64,000 bases of DNA from Bradyrhizobium sp. (GCA_021732175.1 JAKFVP010000375.1:3207-67206), one strand, 5' to 3'. Counted from the first letter of the stretch, positions 10,277 through 20,834 are shown. The notes: a model not told the origin generated them from the letters alone. Numbers and translations are program-made.

Positions 10277-11542
10277 TCATTCGGCGGCAGGTAGGCCCGT
10301 GGCGATTGCAAGCTGGCGCAGGATGTTTTCTGCCGTCGGCCCTGACCGCCGGTTCTTGCGCTTGCGGTGGATCTCGCGGCCGACCACTTTTTCGTTCAGG
10401 TCGAGGAAATGGGTACCTTCCCAAGGCTGCACGGCGGCCTGTCGGAAGAGATGATGGAGGGAAGCGCGCGTAATCGATCTGCCGCCGAGGCCGGCAACGG
10501 CTGAATGCAATCGAGGCGCACGCGTCAGGTTGCGGATAGCGGCGCCAATATTGTCGGCAAGTTGTCCGCCCATGCCGACAGCGACGCTCTTCTCGATAAC
10601 GACGACGTCCTTTGCGCCGGCAAGCGCATTGCGCAGGGCGTCAACCGGGAACGGGCGGAAAGACACAATAGTCACGAGGCCGACGCGAATGCCATCGTCG
10701 CGCATCTCGTCGATGGTGTCCTTGATGGTGCCACAGATCGATCCCATCGCGACAACCAGGAGTTCTGCGTCCTCGGTGCGATAGGCACGCAGCAGGCCGC
10801 CCGAATTACGGCCGAACTGCCTGGCAAATTCGCCGGCGAACTCGGGAATAAGCCTGAGGGCCTGCATCTGCTTGTAGTGCGCGAGGAAGCGGACTTCGGT
10901 GAAGGCCTCCGGTCCGACCATCGCGCCGATCGAGATTGGAGACGCGGGATCAAGCACCTGGACAGGATCGTAGGGTGGGAGGTAGGCATCGACCGCTGTT
11001 TGGTCGGGAATGTCGATGCGTTCCATGGCATGAGTCAGGATAAAGCCGTCGACGCATACCATCACCGGCATCGATAGCTCTTCGGCAATCCTGAACGCCT
11101 GGATGTGCAGATCGACCGCCTCCTGATTGGTTTCGGCAAATAGCTGCAGCCATCCGGAGTCTCGCATCGACATGGCATCCGAATGGTCGTTCCAGATGTT
11201 GATGGGGGCTCCGATGGCGCGGTTGCCAAGCGTCATCACGATCGGCAGGCCGAGGCCCGAGGCATTGTAGACAGCCTCCGCCATGAACAGCAGCCCTTGC
11301 GAGGCCGTGGCGGTGTAAGCCCTGGCGCCTGCAGCGGAGGCACCAATGGCGACCGAAAGGGCTGCGAATTCGCTTTCGACATTGATGTATTCGCAATCGA
11401 CCAGACTGCCCTCCTTCACCAGTTCACCCAGGCCTTCGACGATGTGAGTCTGAGGCGTTATGGGATAGGCGCAGATGACCTCAGGCCGGCACAGCGCGAT
11501 GGCCTCAGCCATCGCATGCGATCCCTCGATTTGCTTGAGCAT
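10277..11542 (-). CDS. porA: Pyruvate/2-oxoacid:ferredoxin oxidoreductase alpha subunit
   Basis: AYPITPQT, VESEFAA, TATASQGL, GLGGR. Confidence 0.9.
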   Translation of the reverse strand: MLKQIEGSHAMAEAIALCRPEVICAYPITPQTHIVEGLGELVKEGSLVDCEYINVESEFAALSVAIGASAAGARAYTATASQGLLFMAEAVYNASGLGLPIVMTLGNRAIGAPINIWNDHSDAMSMRDSGWLQLFAETNQEAVDLHIQAFRIAEELSMPVMVCVDGFILTHAMERIDIPDQTAVDAYLPPYDPVQVLDPASPISIGAMVGPEAFTEVRFLAHYKQMQALRLIPEFAGEFARQFGRNSGGLLRAYRTEDAELLVVAMGSICGTIKDTIDEMRDDGIRVGLVTIVSFRPFPVDALRNALAGAKDVVVIEKSVAVGMGGQLADNIGAAIRNLTRAPRLHSAVAGLGGRSITRASLHHLFRQAAVQPWEGTHFLDLNEKVVGREIHRKRKNRRSGPTAENILRQLAIATGLPAAE

Positions 11543-11552
11543 CGCCAGCTCC

Positions 11553-12134
11553 TCAGGCCGCCGTTGCGGCACTTTGTTGCGACAGGACGAACTCATAGGC
11601 GTCGCCAGCTGCGGCAACGTTGGCCGTACCTACTTGGCCCGGAAACGCCGCTTCGATCGCGCGCTTGACGCTATCGATATGAACAAACTGCGTGAGTGCA
11701 GCGAAGGCGCCAAGCAATGCGGCATTGGGCACCGGACGACCAACGCGTTTCAGTGCAATTTCCGTTGCCGGTACGATCACGGCGTGCCCTTTCGGCAGCC
11801 GGTCGACAGCGTTGCGAATATGAAGTTCGTCAAGGCTCTTGTTGGTATTGACGAGTAGATAGCCGTCGCTGGACAGCCCCGCAAAGACGTCAATCACCTT
11901 GAAGAGGGTAGCATCCTGCACAATCAGGCAGTCCGGTTCGATGATCGGTTCACGCAGCCTGATTTCCCGATCGGCGATGCGACAAAAGGCGACAACCGGC
12001 GCGCCGGTGCGCTCGGAACCGAAGCTTGGAAACGCTTGCGCGTGACGTCCTTCGAAAAAAGCTGTCACCGACAGCATCTCGGCGCCGGTCACAACGCCTT
12101 GCCCACCGCGTCCGTGGATTCGAACCTGGAACAT
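11553..12134 (-). CDS. porG: 2-oxoacid:ferredoxin oxidoreductase gamma subunit
   Basis: RIHGRGGQGVVT, FPSFGSERTGAPV, PNAALLGA. Confidence 0.9.
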   Translation of the reverse strand: MFQVRIHGRGGQGVVTGAEMLSVTAFFEGRHAQAFPSFGSERTGAPVVAFCRIADREIRLREPIIEPDCLIVQDATLFKVIDVFAGLSSDGYLLVNTNKSLDELHIRNAVDRLPKGHAVIVPATEIALKRVGRPVPNAALLGAFAALTQFVHIDSVKRAIEAAFPGQVGTANVAAAGDAYEFVLSQQSAATAA

Positions 12135-12845
12135 GGCATTTCCTCACGGCGATGTAACCGTATGATACAGACTGCTCCCTGACGCGGCTTTCGGCCTTGC
12201 GCTTTATCAAATTCTGCCTACCGATTGCTGATTTCGGCGCTGCAACAACGTGAATGCGAGTACCCACGAACTCGAACATTGCTCGAGGCAGTCCCCATGT
12301 CTCAAACGGGTCAATTGCGCCGTTAGAGATGCACTTGGATGCCGGTACTGCTTCATGGTCAGCAAGTCGTATCCATTCCCCACCCACCTCGACACAACTA
12401 AACCAGGACAGAGACGTCGTGCCGCACCGAACCGCAGGGGCGGCATTGCGCAGCTCGCAAGCCACAACCTAGATTAGCCATAGTGGCCTACGTACTACCT
12501 CGCTGCGACAAACCGGCCTCACCCAACTGTGTGCTTCCGACCCGTCGCGCTCGCTCCCCATAGTTGAGTCATCCTGTGCAGGGTCAGTGTTTCGTCGAGG
12601 CGATGACGCTCGGATGAACTCGACCGGGCTCGTCCACCTTTGCCAACAGAGAACCGTGCGCGCGTCGCGAGTGGGCGGGTATTCATAAACCGGTTCTGTA
12701 AGCACCGATCAACTGACTTCCGCTTTGTGCCGAGAGCGACCAATTTGCTGCGCACCAACGAAATGACGCGATGGGCCAATTCCGGACTCACGCACCGCAG
12801 CAAACGACGTGCGTACGATTGCAGTGATTTTACTCGATGTGCACT

Positions 12846-12859
12846 TTGAGCCAGGTCAA
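12846..12859. promoter_or_regulatory. FixK/FNR box
   Basis: TTGAGCCAGGTCAA; ~710 bp from porG, so the target gene is uncertain. Confidence 0.6.
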
Positions 12860-13019
12860 TTCTATTGGTGCTTGGGGTGTATTAATGTTTCGTGCTCGCA
12901 TCGTAATTAGAGACTGCGATGAAGTTCTATCTACAGGAAGCGATGCCCGAGCGCACTTACCCGCTCACGGTGGGTTCATCGCATTGATCTTCTTGGCTCG
13001 TCAGCAGCGCGACCGCGTT

Positions 13020-13262
13020 TTATCCCTGCATTTTCTTTTCCAGGATTTGACTCAATACCAGGAACGATACTGGCCAAACACCGACCCAAATTCCCAACCG
13101 CTCTGCGTGGGCTTCTTGCATAGCCGCTCTTAAAGCGGGATCGCTAATACCGGCAAGGACTGGCCTTAGGACTTCAAGCTGTGGCCCAAAGTACCATACC
13201 ACCCATGCGAACGGGATAGAAATTAGTCCCAACCAAAACAGGACTTGAGGTAACATTTTCAT
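13020..13262 (-). CDS. Small two-TM hypothetical membrane protein
   Basis: Strong RBS AAAGGAGG, two hydrophobic segments. Confidence 0.7.
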   Translation of the reverse strand: MKMLPQVLFWLGLISIPFAWVVWYFGPQLEVLRPVLAGISDPALRAAMQEAHAERLGIWVGVWPVSFLVLSQILEKKMQG

Positions 13263-13332
13263 TTTTTCCTCCTTTGAAAGTGTTGCAGAGTTTAGTCATT
13301 CAGCGCGAGTGCCTTTGAATGGAGGCTCCCTA

Positions 13333-13788
13333 CTAGATCATCTTGCTAGGCTTCTCGCTATAGTGCTGCGTCTTCTCAGTTTGACCGAACCGGAGCCGTT
13401 GCTGGAATGCCGCGGGTAGGCAGAGACAGCTCTGCCATTCGTTCCGATGAAGCTGTGGCCCGGGCAATATGAACCGATACTGTTGACCGGTACAGGTCTC
13501 ACCGACAAAAAAATCCTCGCGGGTCTCACCGTCAATTGCAAAGGCCTTACTTTCGATCCCTTCGTCATCGAGAAGGCGGCGCAGCAACATCCCAATCGCT
13601 CCTCCAACGGGATAAATTGCGCTTGCATCGCCGTTCAACCGCTTGGCGACACGTGCTACATTGATTCCGCCTCCACCCGGATCCCGTCGTTGCGACACAC
13701 CGCGAATTTTGTGAATCGGAACAATGCGGTCGACGGTGGTTGACACGTCAACTGAGGGGTTTGGCGTAATGGTTACAATATCCGGCAT
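13333..13788 (-). pseudogene. pfkB: PfkB/1-phosphofructokinase-family kinase, N-terminal part only
   Basis: IVTITPNPSVD..PGGGGINVARV..ETRE..QYRFILPGP then loses similarity. Confidence 0.85.
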
Positions 13789-13930
13789 TTGAACGTCAGA
13801 TCGTAACCTCATACACACTCGTCTTGGAAAACCGCTCGCCCAGAGGCGGTATACTTGCCGAGCTGTCCCGTCACACCTCTATTTCTGCACAACCGAGGAG
13901 CGGTCTGGCGAAGGATCAATGCTCTAGGGT

Positions 13931-15160
13931 CTACCTTTGGACCACGCGGATCCCATCACCGATTCGATCGCCTGGATGAAGAATCACTTGTGTCCCGCTC
14001 GAAAGCCCTGAAAGCACTTCCGCCGCGCGGTTGTTGCGGTGACCGATCTTCACGATGGTTGTGCGCGCACGCCCGTCGTCGACCGCAAACACGGCCCAGT
14101 CTTGGCCCTTGCGGAACAGCGCACTGACCGGCACGATTAAGGCGTCTTCCGCGCTCCAGGTGGTGACGTGGACGACGACCCTGTAGTCGTGCCCGAGCTG
14201 CGACCAGATCTCGGGTGGATCGGCAAAATCGATTGTGACGCGCACGCGCTGCTCCTCGATGCCGAGCGCGGAGACCTTGAGGAATCCTGCCGGATCGACG
14301 CGGACCACCTTGCCGCGCACGGCCGGACCTCCCCATCCATCGATCCGTGCTTCCGCACCGACCCTGGTCTGCACGGCGTCGCTGGACAGCAGGTCCGCCA
14401 CGATCTCAAGATCAAGAGGATGGCCAATATCAACCAAGGGCGCTCCAGACGGCACCGGAGCTTCGCTGTCCTGAATGATCCTGAGCACGCGTCCGCTCGC
14501 CGGTGCGAGCACCCGGACGCAGCACGTCGGTTCCGCCGAATCGGTGACGCGGGCGGGATCAATCAGCCGCGCGGCAACGCTTGAGCGCAGTGCGTGCCGT
14601 ACATCGATTTGAGCCTTGGCACTCGCCAGTGCGGCTTCGTTCGTCGTCATGTCGAAACGCGCCTTATCGAACGCCTGGGCCGAGATCGACTGCGTTCGAG
14701 AAAGCGTCTGTGCCCGCTGGAATTCGGTCCGATAGAACTCGAGCGCGGCTTCGAGACGCTTCACCTCGGCTTCCTGCTGTTCGATGGCGGCATCGGCGGC
14801 CTTGACCTCGGCCTCCAGCTGGTCGCGGGAGCGCACATCGATGAAGGCGGGCAGGATCGGTTGCATCAGCGCAACGACTGTTTCGTTGGCAATAACTCCG
14901 TCGCCAACATGCAACGAGGGCCCGCGCTCGCCCGTCGGATGGGAAATCCTTAAGACCTTCCCGGCCACCGGCGCGGAGACGGTGTAGATGTGGCGGACGT
15001 GCGTCTTGCCGTCGTCATCGACGGTGACCTCGATCGGACCCCTGCCGACTGCGGCGAGATCGACAGGGACCGGCCGCGGCCAAGCGAACCATGCCAGCCC
15101 TGCGGCGATGACGCCCAAAATAGCGATCCCGATGATCCGTTTGGTCCAATTCGGCGACAT
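13931..15160 (-). CDS. HlyD-family periplasmic adaptor of ABC exporter
   Basis: N-terminal TM, VSAPVAG, coiled coil, SALGIEEQRV. Confidence 0.9.
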   Translation of the reverse strand: MSPNWTKRIIGIAILGVIAAGLAWFAWPRPVPVDLAAVGRGPIEVTVDDDGKTHVRHIYTVSAPVAGKVLRISHPTGERGPSLHVGDGVIANETVVALMQPILPAFIDVRSRDQLEAEVKAADAAIEQQEAEVKRLEAALEFYRTEFQRAQTLSRTQSISAQAFDKARFDMTTNEAALASAKAQIDVRHALRSSVAARLIDPARVTDSAEPTCCVRVLAPASGRVLRIIQDSEAPVPSGAPLVDIGHPLDLEIVADLLSSDAVQTRVGAEARIDGWGGPAVRGKVVRVDPAGFLKVSALGIEEQRVRVTIDFADPPEIWSQLGHDYRVVVHVTTWSAEDALIVPVSALFRKGQDWAVFAVDDGRARTTIVKIGHRNNRAAEVLSGLSSGTQVILHPGDRIGDGIRVVQR

Positions 15161-15161
15161 G

Positions 15162-17525
15162 CTAGTCTCGCGTCTTGAGGACCGCAACGAGGTCCAGTTT
15201 GTTGATGCGATCGCGGATGATGAAGGCGGAGGCGACAGCCGCCAGAATGACGATCGCGCTGGCGGCCACGTAAGTGGAGTGCTCGATGACGCCGCGCACG
15301 CGCATGATTTCGCCGGCCAGATTGTTTTTCATGATCCACCCGAGACCGTAGCCCATGACCCAGCCGGGCGGCTGGGCGATCAGGGTGAGGATCGCGAGTT
15401 CGAGCAGGAGAATGCGCAACACTTCGCCGCGCGTAAAACCGAGTACGCGGAGGCTCGCGAGTTCTCGCGCCTGTTCAGAGAGCGATATGCGGGCGTTATT
15501 GTAGACGACGCCGAAGGCAATGACGGCGGCAAGCCCGGTGTAGATGCTCGCCATCGTGGTGACGAGCAAGGCGACGGCCTTGCGGAAATTGGCGAGCGAG
15601 ACCCGCATCAGCGCCAGCCCGCTCACCGTCGGCAGCGCCTTGATGACTGCGTAGAACTCCTCCTTCCTGTTGTCGTCGAGGCTGAGGTTGACGCTGCTGA
15701 CGACGGGCGCTTCGCGCATGAGCCGTGTCAGGGCCTCCAGGTCCATCATGCCTCTGATGCCGAAATAGTCCTCCACCAGGGCAACGACCGGCAGCGTCAC
15801 CGTGCGCCGCGCGCCCTCAAGCAGGTCAAGTTCGACCAAATCTCCCGCCTGGACACCGAGGATTTTTCCCAGCCATCCGGAGATGGCAAGCCCCGTTGCA
15901 GGAAGTGCGACCGGTCGCAGATCGGCATCAATGACGCGCCGGAGGTCCGCATCGGGCGAACGGCCGCTGATCATGATACGACGCTCGATGTTGCCATACC
16001 GAATCCGGACCGGCACCTCGCGAAATGGCTCTGTGGCAAGAACGCCCGGCAGTCGCGCCATCTGCAGAACGACGTTCTCGTTACGCTTCTCGACGAAGCC
16101 GACGGTCGCATCCTGCCGGTCAGCGAGGAAGTAGGTTGCATCAATCAGTTGTTCCATCGTGTCATGGGTAAAGAGCGACACGACGAGGATGGCGGTCGCG
16201 AGCGCCATCCCGAGCGTCGTAAACGATGCCCGGACGGGATGACGCGAGATGCCGCGCAGCGTCATCAGCGTCGGTTGCGATACGACACGGTCGAGCCGAA
16301 CACAGGCCGGAAGGAAATGCCGATAGGTCGGAGGCGCCGGGGGCTGCATGGCGACGGCGGGAGCCAGCTTCACCACGTCGCGCAGCGCCCGCAACGCGCC
16401 CACGATGGCTGCGGCTGCACTCAGCGCGCCGGCTATGAGGTAGAGGTCCGGCGCACTCGCAAACACCAGGAACGGGAAATGGAAGAAGTCGCCGAACAGC
16501 GCGGTGACGCGCAGGCCCAGCCAGGTTCCGACGATACCGCCGAGGATGACACCCGCGAGCACAACCAGGGCAACGAATTTCACGTAGTGAAAAACGATGG
16601 CAGCGTTGCCATAACCCAGCGCCTTGAACAGGCCGATCTGCTCCCGCTCCAGCGCCACCAGCCGGCTGAGCGTGAGATTGACCAGAAAAGCGGAGACCAG
16701 GAGGAAGATCGGCGGCAACGTACGGCTCATGTTGTTGAGCATGTCGAGTTCGTGATCGAGCCAAGCATGGGAGGTCTGTTCCCGTCGACCGTAAGCCGCC
16801 TGCCCGCCGTAAGGATCGAGCAGGGCATCGAGCCGAGAAGTGACCTCGCGCTCGGAGGCGCCGGGCTGCAACTTGACAGAAACGGCCGAGAAGGCGCCGT
16901 CAAGATCATAGACGCTGGCGAGTGCCTTCTCCGACATCCAGACGATCCCGTAGCGGCGATCGTCAGGCATCAGATCGCCAGGACCAACAGTGTAGACGAA
17001 TTCCGGTGACAGCGCCGTTCCGACGATCACCAGCTCGCGCTTCTTGCCGTTCAGGATCGCGGAAAAGCGCGAGCCTTCAGCGAAGCCGTGGGCACGGGCA
17101 AACGGCTCGTTGACGACGACCTCGTCGGACCGCCCTGGCTCGGGCAACCGGCCCGAGCGGACGTAGAGGCGATTGAGGCTATGGTCGCCGCTGTCGGCCA
17201 ACGAAACGAAATGCCCGCTCGCCGGCTCAGCGAAGCCGGGTATATCGAGCAGCGCGAGCCTGGCGATGCGCGCATCGACGGCGGCGACGCCTGGTATCTC
17301 GGCAATCTGGCTTACCAATGCCTTTGGCGCGCGCTTCACCTGCGCGAAGACGTCGGCAAACGCATAGCGCTCGTAATAGGCGATCCGCGTTTCCTCCAGT
17401 GACCGGTGCGAGCCGACCGCAAGCACCACGGTGGCAACGCCGCCGCCGATGACAAGCGCAATGGCGAACACCTGTGCCCAGAGGCGCCGGACATCCCGCA
17501 GCAGCTTGATGTCGAGCGCCGCCAT
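15162..17525 (-). CDS. ABC exporter permease (duplicated FtsX/MacB-type)
   Basis: EREQIGLFKALGY and ELASLRVLGFT motifs. Confidence 0.9.
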   Translation of the reverse strand: MAALDIKLLRDVRRLWAQVFAIALVIGGGVATVVLAVGSHRSLEETRIAYYERYAFADVFAQVKRAPKALVSQIAEIPGVAAVDARIARLALLDIPGFAEPASGHFVSLADSGDHSLNRLYVRSGRLPEPGRSDEVVVNEPFARAHGFAEGSRFSAILNGKKRELVIVGTALSPEFVYTVGPGDLMPDDRRYGIVWMSEKALASVYDLDGAFSAVSVKLQPGASEREVTSRLDALLDPYGGQAAYGRREQTSHAWLDHELDMLNNMSRTLPPIFLLVSAFLVNLTLSRLVALEREQIGLFKALGYGNAAIVFHYVKFVALVVLAGVILGGIVGTWLGLRVTALFGDFFHFPFLVFASAPDLYLIAGALSAAAAIVGALRALRDVVKLAPAVAMQPPAPPTYRHFLPACVRLDRVVSQPTLMTLRGISRHPVRASFTTLGMALATAILVVSLFTHDTMEQLIDATYFLADRQDATVGFVEKRNENVVLQMARLPGVLATEPFREVPVRIRYGNIERRIMISGRSPDADLRRVIDADLRPVALPATGLAISGWLGKILGVQAGDLVELDLLEGARRTVTLPVVALVEDYFGIRGMMDLEALTRLMREAPVVSSVNLSLDDNRKEEFYAVIKALPTVSGLALMRVSLANFRKAVALLVTTMASIYTGLAAVIAFGVVYNNARISLSEQARELASLRVLGFTRGEVLRILLLELAILTLIAQPPGWVMGYGLGWIMKNNLAGEIMRVRGVIEHSTYVAASAIVILAAVASAFIIRDRINKLDLVAVLKTRD

Positions 17526-17529
17526 AGCG

Positions 17530-18237
17530 TCACCAGACCAGTGCCGCGGCCTCGCGGCGGGTTTCGTTGTGCCGGATCCTGGAAATTCTGCCGTCCGCAA
17601 AGAACATGACCCTGTCGGCGACCTCCTGGATACTGGCGTTGTGAGTGATGATGACGGTGGTGGTGCCCAGCTCGCGGTTCACGCCAAGTAGCGCCTCTAT
17701 GACCCGGATGCCCGTCTTCGAATCGAGCGCCCCGGTCGGCTCGTCGCACAGCAGCACCGCCGGCCGCTTGGCGATCGCTCGCGCGATGGCGACGCGCTGC
17801 TGCTCGCCGCCGGAAAGCTGGGCGGGAAAATTCTGCATGCGATCTTCGAGCCCGACCAGCGCAAGGACATCCGCGGGGCGCATCGGGTTCTTCGCCACCT
17901 CGGTGACCAGCGCAACGTTTTCATAAGCAGTGAGGCTCGGAACCAGGTTGTAGAACTGAAAGACGAAGCCGACGTGCTCGCGGCGATATTTGGTGAGCTC
18001 GCGATCTTCGAGAACCGTCAGATCGATGTCCCGGAAGAACAGCTTGCCGCTGGTCGGCCGGTCGAGACCGCCCATGATGTTCAGCAGTGTGCTCTTGCCG
18101 CTGCCGGAAGGTCCCAGCAGCACGACCACTTCCTTTTCGGCGATCTCGAGATCGACATTGTTCAGGGCGTTGACCTTCACCTCGCCGGAGACGTAGGTCT
18201 TGGTCAGGGCCGTTGCTGTGAAGACTGGTTGGGGCAT
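17530..18237 (-). CDS. ABC transporter ATP-binding protein
   Basis: [32 protein letters not shown]. Confidence 0.95.
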   Translation of the reverse strand: MPQPVFTATALTKTYVSGEVKVNALNNVDLEIAEKEVVVLLGPSGSGKSTLLNIMGGLDRPTSGKLFFRDIDLTVLEDRELTKYRREHVGFVFQFYNLVPSLTAYENVALVTEVAKNPMRPADVLALVGLEDRMQNFPAQLSGGEQQRVAIARAIAKRPAVLLCDEPTGALDSKTGIRVIEALLGVNRELGTTTVIITHNASIQEVADRVMFFADGRISRIRHNETRREAAALVW

Positions 18238-18285
18238 GGGCCACCCTTTCGGGGCCGACTATGCTGTGACTGCGTCGCTTCCCTG

Positions 18286-18299
18286 TTGATTCAAGTCAG
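18286..18299. promoter_or_regulatory. FixK/FNR box
   Basis: TTGATTCAAGTCAG, 49 bp upstream of the ABC operon. Confidence 0.7.
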
Positions 18300-18576
18300 A
18301 TTGCTGCGCTGCGGTCCCTCCAAGACGAACGCTGCGATGCTGGCCGCCCAGGTCAGCGCGAACGCGAGCAGCACCTATCCGAAGTCGGAGTCAATCATAA
18401 ATTGACAGTGGCCATCCAGCCGATCGATGCCACGCCTGCAACGATGGCACCGGCGATCGCCCGGTGATGACGTTGGCGAAAGGCCGTCGCCGCGAAGGTG
18501 GACGGCAAGCACGCCGTTAGCCGTGACGTCCCGCCGCTCATCACGCGCAATACATGGCCCCGCTCAATCGGTCACC

Positions 18577-18590
18577 TTGAGGCAAATTAA
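18577..18590. promoter_or_regulatory. Degenerate FixK/FNR box
   Basis: TTGAGGCAAATTAA. Confidence 0.4.
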
Positions 18591-18657
18591 CGGGAACCAT
18601 TGCTGCGGCGCAAACCGATCCCCGGACCTTTGGCGCAGCAAAATTGGGCAATTAGAC

Positions 18658-18671
18658 TTGAGGCACGTCAA
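18658..18671. promoter_or_regulatory. FixK/FNR box
   Basis: TTGAGGCACGTCAA, ~55 bp upstream of the 18727 gene. Confidence 0.75.
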
Positions 18672-18726
18672 TTGAACATGGCCGAGTCGTGTTGGGATGC
18701 AGCATCTTAAACTCGGAGAGACGTAC

Positions 18727-18975
18727 ATGACCATCAGAAAATTGCTTGCCGCCGTCGCGGTAGCCTCGCTCGTCGCGGCGCCCGCCATGGCGCAAACCGC
18801 CAAGAAAGACACTGAGCAGAACGGCCACCATTACTCCGGCGGACCGAAGACCGAAGTGCCCCACCACATGGGCAAGAAGGAAACCACTGGCAAGACCACA
18901 TCTGGCCAATCTGGTGGTCATCACTATAGCGGCGGGCCGGCCACGTCCACGCCGCATCATATGGGCGAAAAGTAG
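18727..18975 (+). CDS. Small secreted His-rich protein with two GHHYSGGP-x4-PHHMG repeats
   Basis: Signal peptide ending AMA; GHHYSGGPKTEVPHHMG and GHHYSGGPATSTPHHMG; RBS GGAG. Confidence 0.8.
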   Translation: MTIRKLLAAVAVASLVAAPAMAQTAKKDTEQNGHHYSGGPKTEVPHHMGKKETTGKTTSGQSGGHHYSGGPATSTPHHMGEK

Positions 18976-19195
18976 GACGCCAATAGGTCTGAGAGAGCTA
19001 TCTGAGAGAGCTATAAGACGCGTTGGCTGTCTACGATAGCCAGCGCGTTTTTCTATTTGGGAGCGTTCGCTTTGAGACCAGTCGACCACACCATGATTGA
19101 CGCCGCCTCGGCGTGTTTAATCGTGGTTACGAGCTTGAAGACCAGCTGCCGGTATCGAGCATGTCGCCTTGATGGTCAGGGCATCATTTCACAAA

Positions 19196-19209
19196 TTGAT
19201 TTGGCTCAA
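19196..19209. promoter_or_regulatory. FixK/FNR box
   Basis: TTGATTTGGCTCAA, ~65 bp upstream of oleate hydratase. Confidence 0.75.
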
Positions 19210-19274
19210 CTGCCGATGACTCCTTTCATTTTATTTGGCGGAGGCAGACACTCTTTTCAACCGGGGAAGCTCGC

Positions 19275-20834
19275 ATGAAAGCGTTCTTTATTGGCAGCGG
19301 GATCGGATCGCTCGCCGGTGCCGCCTTCCTGATCCGCGACGGTGGAATGCCAGGCAACGAGATCACGATCTACGAGAAATTCTCGATCCTCGGCGGCAGC
19401 CTTGATGGCGCTAGGCTTCAAGATGGTTCGTATTCGTTGCGAGGCGGCCGGATGCTGACCACCGACCACTATGAATGCACTTGGGATTTACTTTCGACGA
19501 TTCCCTCGCTCGAGCATCCTGGCCAGACCGTGCGCGACGAGACGGTCGCGTTCAATCTGAAGCACAGAGCTCATTCCAAGGCACGACTTGTCGACCGCAA
19601 TCGATTCAAGGTCAACGTGTCGACGATGGGCTTTACCATGCGCGATCGCGAAGAACTGGTCCGCCTGGCGATAACCTCGGAAGAAGAGCTCGGCAACAGC
19701 CGCATCACGGACTGGCTGTCGCCCGCCTTCTTCGAAACCAACTTCTGGTACATGTGGCAGACGACGTTCGCCTTTCAGCCCTGGCACAGCGCCGTCGAGC
19801 TCAAGCGCTACTTGCATCGGTTCATAAACGAGTTTCCGCGCATCGAGACGCTGGGCGGCGTCAAGCGGACCATCTACAACCAATACGACGCCATTGTTCG
19901 TCCGGTGGAGGCATGGCTAAAGGATCATGGCGTTCAGTTCGTCAGCGACGGGCGCGTGATCGATATGGACCTCGCGGACGAAGACGGCAAGGTCCGTGTG
20001 AATGGCCTTACGATTGACCGGAAAGGTACGAAGGTCGTCGTGACGTTGGCGGACGGCGATCTCCTGTTCTTTCAGAATGGTTCCATGACTGACGCCTCGA
20101 GCCTCGGATCCATGACGAGCCCTCCCAAGCCACTGACGAAGGCCGACAGCGACGGATGGACGCTCTGGGAGAAAATCGCGGCCGGTCGACCGGAGTTCGG
20201 CAACCCTTCTGTGTTCAATAGTTCGATTCCCGAGTCCTATTGGACTTCCTTCACGGTAACCTGTCGCGACCGGAGCTTTTTCCAACAGATGGAGGCGTTC
20301 TCGGGCAATGCCGCGGGTACGGGAGGGCTCGTCACGTTCAGGGATTCCAATTGGCTGATGTCGATCGTCCTGTACCATCAGCCGCATTTCATTCGACAGC
20401 CAAGTGATGTTGAGGTGTTCTGGGGCTATGCCCTGCATCCCGACCGGATCGGCAATTTCGTCGCCAAACCGATGTCGGAGTGCGGAGGCGCGGAAATCCT
20501 GCGCGAGCTTTGCGGTCATCTGAACTTTGACAATGCGGTCTTTCGCCAAGCGACCTGCATTCCCTGCCGAATGCCCTACATCACCAGCATGTTCATGCCG
20601 CGGCGCAGGTCTGATCGTCCGCTACCCGTACCGCCGACTTCCCGAAACCTGGCGTTCATCAGTCAGTTCGTCGAAATTCCGGACGAGGTGGTTTTCACGG
20701 TGGAGCATTCGGTGCGCGCGGCTCAGATGGCCGTCTATCAACTACTCGGTGTCAAGCGCTCCATCCCGCCGATCACGCGTCATGATAAGTTGATTAGCGT
20801 TCTGATCCATTCGCTGGAGAAGGCGTTTGCTTGA
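19275..20834 (+). CDS. ohyA: Oleate hydratase (myosin-cross-reactive antigen family)
   Basis: IGSGIGSLAGAAFLIRDG, GGSLDG, RGGRM, YNQYD, MPYITSMF, VVFTVE.SVR. Confidence 0.92.
   Translation: MKAFFIGSGIGSLAGAAFLIRDGGMPGNEITIYEKFSILGGSLDGARLQDGSYSLRGGRMLTTDHYECTWDLLSTIPSLEHPGQTVRDETVAFNLKHRAHSKARLVDRNRFKVNVSTMGFTMRDREELVRLAITSEEELGNSRITDWLSPAFFETNFWYMWQTTFAFQPWHSAVELKRYLHRFINEFPRIETLGGVKRTIYNQYDAIVRPVEAWLKDHGVQFVSDGRVIDMDLADEDGKVRVNGLTIDRKGTKVVVTLADGDLLFFQNGSMTDASSLGSMTSPPKPLTKADSDGWTLWEKIAAGRPEFGNPSVFNSSIPESYWTSFTVTCRDRSFFQQMEAFSGNAAGTGGLVTFRDSNWLMSIVLYHQPHFIRQPSDVEVFWGYALHPDRIGNFVAKPMSECGGAEILRELCGHLNFDNAVFRQATCIPCRMPYITSMFMPRRRSDRPLPVPPTSRNLAFISQFVEIPDEVVFTVEHSVRAAQMAVYQLLGVKRSIPPITRHDKLISVLIHSLEKAFA

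Noticed and set aside
12140-12840. ORFs between porG and the 12846 FixK box
   Set aside because: No recognisable protein; possibly a decayed gene but unsupported
14988-17009. 673-aa + strand ORF
   Set aside because: Antisense shadow of the ABC permease in GC-rich DNA
18988-19013. 13-bp tandem duplication TCTGAGAGAGCTA x2
   Set aside because: Likely slippage; no array or function evident
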